64,000 bases of DNA from Octopus sinensis (Eukaryota), in NCBI RefSeq assembly GCF_006345805.1, contig NC_043010.1:67084001-67148000 (forward strand). The letters are read 5' to 3'. Shown here in pieces: positions 11,211 through 23,844 of the stretch (positions within the stretch are counted from its first letter, which is position 1; every line of letters starts with the position of its first letter). Position numbers and translations under genes: made by a program. The notes under the pieces are model-generated. The model ran no database searches. It was given only the letters and a program-made list of their open reading frames with translations, and was not told the DNA's origin.

Positions 11211-13320
11211 AAATGATTAACTGGCCTCATTGCAGAAGAAATATTTAGCTTTGTGGAGAAGGAGAATCTATTACCAGCAGAGGAAAAAAGATGCAGAAAG
11301 AAGTGAAGAGTAACTGCTGAGCTGCTGTATATTAAGTGTGAAGCTAAATGAGGCTCAAATAAGAAAGAAGAATTTAACTGTTGGCTGGATGTGAGACCAC
11401 AAGTGGAACCCTTCCGTAGGCTAAGGGGTGAAATACTTGTGACTCTGAGATACCTGCTGATGATGATACGGAAGGGTTTCCAGTATTGCAATGGATTCAG
11501 AAGAGCTTGTGAAACCTTTGAGTAGATTCTGCAGTTTCTGCTTGGGGCAAAGCATCTTTGATGTTTATTTCATCCACCAAGAGGTTTATGACAACGTTTG
11601 ACACTTGTGGTTCTTGGAGTGGCTGAGGACACTTGGATTCAATGAGAAGATTAAACAGCTTTTAGGAAAAGCAACGAGAATGTAGGATGTAGATGTAACA
11701 TGCATGGATGAATTATTAGGAAATGTGAAAATATGCAGGGGTGGGCGAGCTGGCAGAAATGTTAGCACGCCGGACGAAATACTTAGCGGTATTTTGTCTG
11801 CCGTTACGTTCTGAGTTCAAATTCCGCCGAGGTCAACTTTGCCTTTCATCCTTTCGGGGGTCGATAAATTAAGTACCAGTTACGCACTGGGGTCGATGTA
11901 ATCGACTTAATACCTATGTCTGTCCTTGTTTGTCCCCTCTATGTTTAGCCCCTTGTGGGTAATAAAGAAATAGGTATTCCAGGGAGGCTCTCTCTCTCCA
12001 TTTCTTTTTGTCGTTGTCTTAATTCCTCTGACAAGAATACTGAGAAAACTCTGGCATGCCATGAGTTTAGCAAAACCAAAGTGAAAAATAAATCATCTGC
12101 TTTATATGGATATCTTCAAATTATAAATTAAAATTGAAAAAGATCTGGATTCTCTAATCCAGGCAGAGAATTCTGAAAGGATATTGGTAGGTAGTTTGGG
12201 TTAAATAAGTGTGAAGTGGTAATTATGAAGAGAGGTTATGATGGTATAAAATAAACTGTGATGGTTTAAAATCACCAGACAACAATATTATCAGATGGCC
12301 ATGGTATAATGAGGGACACAAATGCCAAGGGATGCTGCAAAGTGATTGGATAAAGGAAGGAGAAATGAAAAAGAAAATCCTCAATGAGTACAAGAGAAGA
12401 ATTTGGAAGGAATATTATTAAAGCAATAAATACGTGGGCCATGCCAGTATTAAAGACACTCTGTTATTTTTCTAAGAAGGATAGAAATCAAGGTACAGAA
12501 CTTAGATAGAAAAGCTAGGAAGCTGCTTGCAATGTGCAATGCATACCATCCTAAAAGTAATACCAACAAGCTCTGCCTATGAAGAAAGGAAAAAGGGAGA
12601 GGATTGCTGAATGTAGAAAATGCCATTAGTATTGTGATATTGGGTTTGAAAAAGTATGTTGTATGTAGTGAAGAAAGAATACTTTCAGTTGCTAGAAATG
12701 TCCCAAAAAGTTGCTGGAACAGTAGAATTCAAGAACAGCAGGAAGAACAATAGAACAAGTAGTTAGAAAGAGAGGGAATTACAGGATCAATTCATGCAAC
12801 AAACTGGGAAGATTGGAAGTAAAGAATGGTGGTGGATGGAAACCTGAAATGAGAAACTGAAGCATGAATTATAACTACTCAGGTACAAGGCATTAGAACA
12901 AATTTGATAAAGGCAAATACTGATAAAACTCAGTCAGAGAGCAAACGCAGAATTTGTGGGAAAAGTGATGAAAGTATTAATCATCTCTTTAGTGAATACA
13001 GAAAGCTAGCGCAAAATGAGTATAAAGACAGGTATTATTCCGTAGGTAGAAGACAGCATTGGGTTGTTAGTTGAGTGTATGGATTGAAAGTAACAGAGAA
13101 GTGGTATGACTACAAGCCAGAGACTGTGATAGAGAATAGGAACTACTGGATTTTATGACATTTGCTCGTAAAAACTGAACATGATAAAGCAAGAAGAAAT
13201 AGTGTAAGATCAGGCACTTTGCAATACCATATGATATTAGAGTGGATATCAAAGAAATTGAAAGGAAAATTGAGAAATATCAGGATCTCACCAGAGAGAA
13301 GAAGAAAACATGGGAGACTA
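11211..13320 (+). pseudogene. Decayed R4/Dong-clade LINE ORF (RT, zinc knuckle, start of RLE), interrupted by insertions
   Basis: Frame-corrected peptides: LTGLIAEEIFSFVEKENLLPAE; KNLTVGW; RG/I-QG-SLSP; INHLLYMDIFKL (the YMDD site, about 12090-12120); FGLNKC; IIKAINTWAMPV; LDRKARKLL..HPKS; GRGLLNVE; RICGKSDESINHLFSEYRKLAQNEYK; KWYDYKPETVIEN. Many stops and frameshifts. Confidence 0.85.
11743..11972 (+). mobile_element. Young SINE family B copy inserted into the R4 RT domain
   Basis: Intact GGGCGAGCTGGCAGAAATGTTAGCACGCCGG...GTTCAAATTCC...TAAAGAAATA with CpGs retained. It splits the R4 codons RG|IFQG and has GGT on both sides. Confidence 0.9.
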
Positions 13321-13502
13321 AGACAAAAATTATTCTTAAGAAGAAGAATATTAGAATTTAGACAATTTTCATTGTCAATTTGGAAAAAAAAAATGAAAGC
13401 TCCGTCATTTTTTATTCTGCAAAAATCTGAAGAAAGATCCTTGAGATTTGGGGAGACTAGTTTTCACCAAACCTCAAGACAACATTCCTGCTAACTATAG
13501 TG

Positions 13503-13534
<32 letters not shown>

Positions 13535-13989
13535 GACAGTGGGGGTGTAGTAGTAGTGGTGGTGGTGGTGGTGGTGGATGTAGTAGTAGTAGCAGTTTTT
13601 TCTAGCATAGGCTTGGAATTTGGTGGGGAGGGTGCTTGTCAGCTGGTACTTTTTTATTGACCCCCACCAAAAGATGAATGGCATGTGCAAGCAGAGGGAG
13701 TGAAACCAAAACCTGTCTTTTGCAGGTAAACTTGACCAAACTCAACAACTCGAACTGAAGACAGAAAGGATTGAAACTAAATATTCAAAAATATAAATCT
13801 AAAAAATATAAAAGCCATTTAATTCAACACCCAAACACTTCTGTGAAATCTGAGATAATTTATGCAGATTGTTGCCGAATCTGGGTTAATTTATGCTGAT
13901 GAGATGCAGAGAGGGGATAGTTGAGTGAACTCAGTGTATAACTGGTATGTATTTCATCAGCATCAGCAAGCTGGGAATTGAAGGGGCCC

Positions 13990-14150
13990 TTAGATGAGTG
14001 ATTGTTCTGCTAGGAATAGCAGCCAAATCTCCCTCAAAGTAATGTCCTACTAACTTTTAAAAAAAGGGACACAATTGATAATGTTGTTCGGTAATGTAGT
14101 CCAAGACAGTCGGATGGTCATGGATGGAATCTCTTTGACTGTAGGTCAGC
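13990..14150 (+). mobile_element. SINE-like family E fragment
   Basis: GAATAGCAGCCAAATCTCCCTCAAA...GGATGGTCATGGATGGAATCTCTTTGA is homologous to 16445-16900, 53935-54055 and 58830-58960. Confidence 0.5.
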
Positions 14151-14324
14151 ACAGTCATCATGTCTGCTTATAGCTACTGCTACTACTACTACTACTACTA
14201 CTACTGTTATTATTATTAAATTCTAAGGCGTTGAATATTTCCACTTCTGCTACATTCTATATTGTCACTTCTATACTACTATATAAAGACTGCAGTATAT
14301 GTTTGTACATGTGAGTGTGCATAT

Positions 14325-14359
14325 GTGTGGGTGTATATGCATACATATAAATGTATATG

Positions 14360-14412
<53 letters not shown>

Positions 14413-14708
14413 ATACATATGTGTGTGTGTGTATACATATGTGTGTGGTGTGTGTGTGTATACATATATGTGTGTATACATATATGTGTGTGTGTATACA
14501 TATGTGTGTGTGTGGTGTATACATATATATGTGTGTGTGTATACATGTGTGTGTGTGTGGTGTGTATACATATATATGTGTGTGTGTGTGTGTATACATA
14601 TATATGTGTGTGTGTATACATATGTGTGTATGTGTGTGTATACATATATATATGTGCGTGTGTGTGTATACATATATGTGTGTGTGTGTGTATGTATATA
14701 CATATATA

Positions 14709-14745
<37 letters not shown>

Positions 14746-14930
14746 GTGTGTGTGTATGTATGTATATACATATATGTGTGTGTGTTTGTATGCATATATA
14801 TGATATATGTGTGTGTATATATATATATATGTGCATATATATGTATATGATATATATGTGTATATATTTATATATGATATATATGTGTGTGTGTATATAT
14901 ATATATATTCTTACATGTACATACATACAC
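14325..14930. repeat. Compound (TG)n/(TA)n microsatellite
   Basis: Direct reading. Confidence 0.95.
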
Positions 14931-15039
14931 ACATATGTACATACATTCAGCTGGTCAACCTTCTAGCCAGTTGAGCAATTAACTTGCTAGCTGATCAGCT
15001 GTCTTGTCAGGCAATGAGATATTTATTTACCTACCTCTC

Positions 15040-15690
15040 GGCTTGACAATACATATACTTATACCAACTTACCTACCTGTATTTCTGGACCCGCCTATCA
15101 ACGTTTCTACCTACTAGCACACCTACTTAACTACCTGCATATCAACCTACCTATTAACATTCGTACCGACCTACGCACACACACACACTTATCCTTCTAT
15201 TTACTCCCTACTATATGTGTACCTACATACTACCCACTGACCTACCCAGACCTACCACTCTACCTATCTCCCTATAGATACTTACCTACAAATCTATCCA
15301 CCTACCTGTCTGTCAGTCTGCCTACCTATATAACCTACAAAGCTATCTACCTCTCCAGCTAGCTGCTTTCCAACCTATTTACCTATTTATCTACCTATCT
15401 ACCTACTTACCTGCCTATCAACCAATTTACCTCCATCCCTACCTACTTACCTACCTACCATCTTACCAACCAACTTAGCTACCTACCTACTTCCATACCT
15501 ACCTACTTCCCTACCTACCTACCTACCTACCTACCTACCTACTACCTACCAACCAAGTTAGCTACCAACCAACTTACCTACCTACCTACCAACCAACTTA
15601 CCTACCTACCTACCAACCAACTTACTTACCTACCTACCTATCTACCTACTTCCCTACCTACCTACCTGCCTGCTTACATACATACATACA
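15040..15690. repeat. Degenerate (CCTA)n tetranucleotide array
   Basis: Direct reading. Confidence 0.9.
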
Positions 15691-16005
15691 AACAAAAATA
15701 TCCTGTTGCTGATGTTGAAATTCCAGTGAAGGAGCCTTGGTTCTAGGTTAGAAACCAGTTCTTTCTCTATTGACAAGAAATCTTGTAATAAAACTGAATA
15801 CATAAGTACCTCCTACAACCTAACATATCCAGCTACCTATCTACCTATTTTCCAACCTACCAACTTACCTGTCTACCCACCTGTCTTTCATCCTATACAT
15901 AACACATCAACTTTCTCAACTTGTTTTCCCTACCTAAACCCATTTACTTTACTCTCCTCCTCCCCCTTATCCCTTCCTCTCTGTCTTTCTTTTATATCTA
16001 TCTAC

Positions 16006-16046
<41 letters not shown>

Positions 16047-16444
16047 AATCAAACCCTCTTAATGCTTATCTTTCTCTCTCTCCCTATCTATCTATCTATC
16101 TATCTATCTATCTCTTTTAATGCATCTCTCTCTTTCTCTCTTTCTCTCCTTCCCTCTCTCTCTTCCTATCTACTTTATCCACGTATCCTATCTATTTATT
16201 TACCCTAACCCTATCCTACTCTTCTACTGCTACTTCCTCCCTCCTCCCCTCCACACATTTGCCTACCTGTCTTCCTCACCCCCACCTCTCTCCCATTTCT
16301 TTACCATTTTTCATAAAAACAATTTCTTGGAAACAAGCATCACCACCACCACCTCTACTACCTCCTCCCCCTACACACCAGTGGTGTGTAGGGGGAGGGA
16401 GATCCTCGTACAACCACAATTACCATCAACATAATTACAAGTGA

Positions 16445-16900
16445 ATTATGAACCCTCTATGTGGTTGCCTCATTCTCAAGAAATAATAGCTAAACCTCTT
16501 TCAAACGACACCTTTCTGCCTTAAAGAAGAAAGGAAGGACATGTTATAAACCCTGGAGTCCTAAATATACAAAAAAAAAGACAAAAAAAAGAAAGGAAAT
16601 CATAGGTAATATACCTTTGGTCATAGGTCTACTTGATCAGAGCTGGCCTAGGGCTAAACACCTGCCACCACTGCTTAGTTATGAGTCTAAGAGCCAACTC
16701 AGTCATTACATGGTCTATCGATCTGCTAGAAATAGCAACCACACTACACAAGCTTAAAAGATGGAAGGACATATTGAACAATAGGATTAAAGATACACCG
16801 CATCTAACAAGAATAGATGGAATAGCCATGGAAGGAATACCTTTTGATCATAGGTCTGATCAATTCGGACTGACCAAGGGCTAAACAGCGACAGCAATGA
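16445..16900 (+). mobile_element. Two tandem SINE-like family E copies
   Basis: The 3' motif CCTTTGGTCATAGGTCT...GGGCTAAACA occurs at about 16615 and 16845. Confidence 0.55.
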
Positions 16901-17149
16901 ATGAGTCCTTGTTTTTAACTCTTACCTTGTTGTCCCACCCCACTCTGTAACCTTTGTTGCCATCCTCGTCCAGTACCTTCTTTTCCACCCCACCTACCCT
17001 CTATCAAGCAGCCGACTGAATTGGCAATCGATCAAGCCAGCTAGCTAGCAAGCAAGGAGGCAAGTGTGCAAGCAAGCAAACAATGTCACTCTGACCACTT
17101 GTTATGTGTAGCAGTTGCCAGCCAGTCCTATGAGATGTCTATGAAATGT

Positions 17150-18270
17150 TACACACACATACACACTGCTATACACACACACACACACACACATACATAC
17201 ACACATACATAGAAATAACACACACACACCTGCAGACACAAAAACACAGGCGTATACACGGATACAAAAACTCGGAAACATAAGCACATATACATACATA
17301 CAATGCACACACACACACACACAGATACACAGAAACACACATATACACCAATACATACACATACACACAGTCAGATGTACACACACACATATACACCAAT
17401 ACTAACACAAATACAGACATAGATACACACATACACACATACAAAACAGGTATACATACACACATATACACACACGTACATACACACACATATACATACA
17501 TATACACACATACACCCACTTACACAACACGTAGATACACATACACATACACATACACACATACACATACATACATACTCATACATGTACATACACATAC
17601 ATACACACAAGTACACACATGTACACACACGTACACACACATACACATGTACATACACACATGTACATACACACACATACCCACACGTCCACACATACAC
17701 ACACACACACATACCCACACACACGTACACACACACACACACCTGCAGACACAAAAACACAGGCGTATACACGGATACAAAAACTCGGAAACATAAGCAC
17801 ATATACATACATACAATGCACACACACACACACACAGATACACAGAAACACACATATACACCAATACATACACATACACACAGTCAGATGTACACACACA
17901 CATATACACCAATACTAACACAAATACAGACATAGATACACACATACACACATACAAAACAGGTATACATACACACATATACACACACGTACATACACAC
18001 ACATATACATACATATACACACATACACCCACTTACACAACACGTAGATACACATACACACATACACATACATACATACTCATACATGTACATACACATA
18101 CACATACACACAGTCAGATGTACACACACACATATACACACACGTACATACACACACATATACATACATATACACACATACACATGTACATACACACACA
18201 TACCCACACGTCCACACATACACACACACACACATACCCACACACACGTACACACACACACACACAAGTA
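17150..18270. repeat. Compound (CA)n/(TACA)n array containing a 512-bp tandem duplication
   Basis: Unique markers recur 512 bp apart (for example CAGTCAGATG near 17369 and at 17881). Confidence 0.9.
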
Positions 18271-18659
18271 CCTCCACAGAGTCCAACCAAAAATCAGCTT
18301 GCCAAACATTCCAACAGATTTTCGTTAGTTCAGCTCGAAAAAGAAAAGAAACGAAAAGAGGTGAAGGGGAGGAGGAGGAAGAGGAGGAGAAAAAAATCGA
18401 TATTTAACAGTGATCTGTTCTGTCTTACTACAATCACATTCTACACACACACACATACACACACACATCTCTACCTCTTCATATTCAACTCCTTCTTCTT
18501 ATTGCTACTGCTGCTACTACTTCACATCCCTCTACTCACCCGTCCTCCCCCCACATTATTTTGCCTATCAATGACTGGGTTTTTTTGTTGTTTATGTTCT
18601 TTCTATCTATTTGTCTATTGATCTAGATATATGTCTGTATGTCTGTCATACACCTTACC

Positions 18660-18762
18660 TCTAGCTATCTGTCTATCGATCTATCTAACTATCTGCCTAT
18701 CTACCTGTTTATCAAGCTAGGTAGCTAGCTAGCGAGCTTAATCTGTCTACCTACTTACCTAC

Positions 18763-18814
<52 letters not shown>

Positions 18815-18983
18815 TAATCTATCAATCTATTTATATCTATTTATCTGTCTATCTATCTACCTATCTATCTATCTGTCTATCTATCTATCTATCTATCTAT
18901 CAATCTATTTATATCTATCTATCTTTCTATCTCTCTCTCTATCTTTCTCTCTATTTTTCTATCTCTCTCTATATATATATCTT

Positions 18984-19026
<43 letters not shown>

Positions 19027-19686
19027 CTGCCTTTCTGTCAATTATTCTACACGGCTGTCTCTATAGTTCCTTATATACCTTCATATCTAAACAACATACC
19101 TACCTACCTACCAACCTATCTACCTACTTGCCTACCTACCTACTTGCCTATCCACCTATCAACCAACTGACCTGCCTGCTTGTTTTTCTGTCTGTCTGTG
19201 TCCCTATCTATATGTCTACCTACAATCCTGTTTCCTACATTCTTACCAACCATCCAACCTATCACTCTCTATATTTGTCTATCAGTCAACCTATCTATCA
19301 GTCTATCAAACTACCTATCTCCGTATCTACTTGACAATCTATCTAATAAACCAATCTGTCCATCTTACTATCTCTGTACCTATCTATCCATCTATCTATC
19401 TGTATCTATTTTCCAACCTATCTATCCATCTATCTGTGTATCTCTCTATCCACCTGTCTCTACCTATCTATCTACCTATGTGTCTGTCTGATTATATATG
19501 TATATACCTATCTATCTATCTATCTATCTATTTATCTATCTACCTAACCATCTATCTGCCAATCCATTTATATCTATCTACCAATCAATTTATCTATCTA
19601 TCTATCTATCCATTTATCTACCTATATGTCTCTATCTATCCATCCATCTATCTGTCTAAGCATCTATCTGCCTATCTCTCTCTCTC

Positions 19687-19745
<59 letters not shown>

Positions 19746-19860
19746 AATCTATCTATCTACTTTATCTGTCAATCAGTTTAGATTTCAGATTCTGTAGTCT
19801 ATGTCTACCTCAGTCTAACTTCCTTTCTGTGACTCTACATCAATCTACAGGTCTATCTAC
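18660..19860. repeat. (CTAT)n/(CT)n microsatellite field
   Basis: Direct reading. Confidence 0.9.
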
Positions 19861-20676
19861 CTAGTTATATATTAGTCTAGTCTCTGTAACAGTCTCTTCC
19901 ATCACCCCTCTCACTCTCTCCTTGCCTCCTCCTTTCTCTTCTTCTATACCTCTTCCATACACTGGCCATCTTATTCTCCTCTCTCTCTCTCCTCCATATT
20001 CAGTCTAATTTTTTTATATTTCTTCCTATGTTTTTGTTTATCAATACAGCAACATATTTTTTTTTATATCATACTTATTCCTCACACCGTCTATCTCTAT
20101 TTCCAATCAATCAGATTTTACACACACACACAAATAGGCAGATACACACACACACAAACACAGACATACTCATACATACGCACCCAAATAAGCACACAGC
20201 ACAAACATGTGAACGTATACACACACATACATGCTCATACTACACATATAGACAAATACATACACAAACATGCATGCATGCACCCATACACAGACCTGCA
20301 CTCACAGATACATGCAAACACACACACACGCACACACATACATACTCGTACTTTCTCTCACACACACACAAACACATACACACACAGATGCACATACAAA
20401 CATATGCTCTCCCCCCTCTCTCTTTCCCTTTCTCTCTCTCTCTTTCTCCCTCTTTCTCTTTCCCTCTCTTTCTTTTTCTCTCGCTCTTTCTCTCCCCCTT
20501 TCTCTCTCACTTTCTCTTTCTCTCCCCCTTTCTCTCTCACTCTTCCTTTCTCTTATTCTCTTCCTTCTTTCTCTCTGTTTCTCTCTCTCTTTCTCTCTCC
20601 TACTCTCTCTTTCTCTCTTTCTCTCTCCCAGTCTCAATCTCTTTCCCAGTCCGTCTCTCTCTCTCTCTTTCTTGTT

Positions 20677-20775
<99 letters not shown>

Positions 20776-20789
20776 AGAATAATGATATT

Positions 20790-20952
20790 GATTTCAAGGC
20801 CAGCAATTTCAGGGAGAGGACCAGTCAGTTACATCGACCCCTGTGTTCAACTGGTACTTATTTTATTGACCTCAAAAAAGGATGAAAGACAAAGCCAACA
20901 GCAGAATTTGAACACAGAACATGAAGACAACCAAAATACCACCAAGCATTTT
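20790..20952 (-). mobile_element. Degraded SINE family B copy
   Basis: TACATCGACCCC...CTGGTACTTATTTTATTGACC...GGATGAAAGAC...AATTTGAAC. Confidence 0.65.
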
Positions 20953-21229
20953 TTTTCCCTAAACGCTCTCTCTTTCTCTCCCCCTTTCTCTCTCACTTTC
21001 CTCTGTTTCTCTCTCTTTCTCTTTTCCCCTTTCTCTCACTCTCTTTTTTCTCTCTAACACTTTTCCCAGTTCACTGCCATCACCAGAGAAATAATATCAA
21101 CTGACCCTAAGAGGCAATGATAATAATCTTCTACTATAATAATACTACTGTGTCTGTCTCTGTCGCAACATATGAATGAGAAAGGAGGGTGTGGATAGAT
21201 GAATGAGGAAGGAAGGGGTAATGGCAAAC

Positions 21230-21575
21230 TGGAAGTGGGATGGTGAACAGTCAGTTTGCTGAAAAGAAAAAAAACAAACAGCGTTTCAACTTTGTGTGTG
21301 TGTATGTAAAAGGGAGGTATGTGAATGTTTGTGTGTGTATGTGTGTGCAATGGAAGTGGGATGGTAAAGATTTAACGCTGAAAAGAAAAATCAAACAGCA
21401 TTTCAACTCTGTGAGTATGTGTGTGTGTTTGTAAAAGGGAAATATGTGAATGTTTGTGTGTGTGCAATGGAAGTGTGACGGTGAACATTCAATGCTGAAA
21501 AGAAAAGTCAAACAGTGTTTCAACTCTGTGTGAGTGTATGTGTGTATGTATATAAGAGAAGTATGTGAATGTGTG
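21230..21575 (+). repeat. Three tandem copies of an approximately 118-bp unit
   Basis: TGGAAGTG(G/T)GA(T/C)GGT...GCTGAAAAGAAAA...AAACAG(C/T)(G/A)TTTCAACT...GTATGTGAATG appears three times. Confidence 0.8.
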
Positions 21576-21920
21576 TCTGTATGATTATTATGTACCTTAT
21601 TTATATATAAAATACTACAATTAACTGTCATTTTTGACAGCACGGGGCCAGCTAGAAAGGTGGCAGATGAAATGTGGGACATTACATGGACAGGTTACAA
21701 CAAGCACAATGGTTTGTATTGGAATCAAATGTCAGGAAAAAGAATGGTGCTCCATTCCCTATTGCAATAAGTACATGATTTTGGTATATTTATTGATAAG
21801 TGCCTCAAAGCCTAGAGCTCCTGGAAACAAATGAAAGTCATATTCTTATTCAGTGACATGAATATACCAAGAATTGGTTCTAAAATCAAAGGAACCAAAA
21901 AGCCTTTATAATTTGTTCCC

Positions 21921-22089
21921 CAGGAGTGGCTGTGTGGTAAGTAGCTTGCTTACCAACCACATGGTTCCAGGTTCATTCCCACTGCATTGCACCTTGGGCA
22001 AGTGTCTTCTACTATAGCCTCGGGCTGACCAAAACCTTGTGAGTGAATTTGGTAGACAGAAACTGAAAGAAGACCGTTGTATATATGTG

Positions 22090-22137
<48 letters not shown>

Positions 22138-22353
22138 GTATATGTTTGTGTGTCTGTGTTTGTCCCCCAACATCACCTGACAACTGATGCTGGTGTGTTT
22201 ACGTCCCTGTAACTTAGCGGTTCAGCAAAAGTGACTGATAGAATAAGTACTAGGCTTACAAAGAATAAGTCCTGGGGTCGATTTGCTCGACTAAAGGCGG
22301 TGCTCCAGCATGGCCGCAGTCAACTGGCCGAAACAAGTAAAAGAGTAAAAGAG
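21921..22353 (+). mobile_element. SINE family A, full length
   Basis: Head to tail match, tail GAAACAAGTAAAAGAGTAAAAGAG. Confidence 0.88.
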
Positions 22354-22691
22354 AATACAAATTAAAATCCAGAAAGTTTGAAATGTTTTGGAAGAATAAC
22401 ATGTAGTAACCTAACGATATGTCTTTTTTACTCCTCTGACGAGATTTTGCCCAATTAAATGCTTTAATTACTGGAATTTAATTCTTTAGAGCAAAATCGA
22501 AACAGCTGTAAGTGCACATGTTGAATTTTCCATTTTCTAGATTTTAATTTGAGTATTTCTAAACCATTATTTCTAAACTTATTATTTTAGGAATATTACT
22601 ATTCACAACAAAATAATAGGTAACAAACCAGTAATTCATTGAATATTTACTATCCCTTAAGGTGGTTATTTAAACCTCTATTTAAATTATA

Positions 22692-23075
22692 TCTCTCTCT
22701 ATATAAACGGCAGTTTGTCTGTCTGCATGTCTGTGTGTCTGTTAGGTTGTACCCTCACCCTGACCACGGCTTTCAACCGATTCTGATGAAACTTGACACA
22801 CACATAGCCCAATGTCATAATTCAAAACTAACGCAGCGAAAATTTTGAAAAGTTCCCCCAGTTCTGAAAAAAAATCGATAAATTCGACATGGGGTCGAGA
22901 ATCAGAAACACAAACCACAAACTGTCTAGGGGGCGCAACTCGACCTTTTTAACTCTCAAAAAAAATTTACCATCATTTTTTCCCCATTTTTTGCTATATT
23001 TTGGCTATAACTCTCTAAAAATGCTTTATAGTTATTTCCCTTACAAACCTGAGCAACGCCGGGCGATACTGCTAG
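22692..23075 (+). mobile_element. Non-autonomous Helitron
   Basis: Starts A|TC and ends CTAG|T, with a GC-rich subterminal palindrome (CCTGAGCAACGCCGGG) shortly before the end. These are the canonical Helitron termini. Confidence 0.75.
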
Positions 23076-23159
23076 TATATATATATATATATATGCCTGT
23101 TGTTATTATTATTATTGTTTTTTTGTATTAATTTTGTAGTTATATTTGTGTATACATTC

Positions 23160-23555
23160 GATCCTTTTTCCAAGGAATCTAATGCTCTTAGCTTAGTTTT
23201 TCCTTGGGGCTGGCCAGATGGGAGCAATCTCAAGATTAATCAGCCAAAATTGCGAGGATGATCTGGTTCTTGACTGAAGATTAAAGGCTTCAAATGACCT
23301 GCCTGTGTTTTTTGTATCGTCTATCTGGATGTTTTGCATTCTTGTCCCGCCTTGTTGATTCATTAGCTCCTGCACGCATTTTTTTCTCTCCTTGTTTCTC
23401 TCCGTGTTTCTTTTCTGTTTATCTTTCTGTTGAAGAGCGTAGGCTCGAAACGTAAAAGACTTGTTTTATTTCTATTCCTGAGCGCCATACTAATACAATT
23501 GTTTGTTTGTACTCCACCTGCCTTCGTCTTTTGTTTATTTTCGTAAACCTTCCTG
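23160..23555 (+). mobile_element. Penelope-like element terminal-repeat region
   Basis: Contains the hammerhead-like GAAGAGC-GTAG-GCTCGAAACGT motif. The 5' part is homologous, inverted, to 61562-61830. Confidence 0.6.
23422..23459 (+). ncRNA. Minimal type I hammerhead ribozyme-like motif with variant core
   Basis: Stem I TCTTT/AAAGA, core CTGTTGA(A), stem II GAGC-GTAG-GCTC, GAAAC, GTA cleavage triplet. Stem III is reduced to the palindrome ACGT. Activity is untested. Confidence 0.5.
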
Positions 23556-23556
23556 T

Positions 23557-23593
<37 letters not shown>

Positions 23594-23844
23594 TAGTGTT
23601 TGTCTGCCACTACTGCTTGACAACCAATGCTGGTTTGTTTATGTCCTTATAATTTGGTAGTTCAGTGAAAGAAGCTGATAGAATAAGTACCAGTTGTAGA
23701 AATAAGTTGTGGGTTCAATTTGTCTGACTAAATCCCTTCAAGAGAAATATGCAGGATAGCAAGGGTGTGTGTAGGGGAGCCTGGAAAAAGAAAAGTGTAT
23801 ATAGTTGAGAAGGAGGATGTTTATGCAAAAGAGGATTTGTGTGT

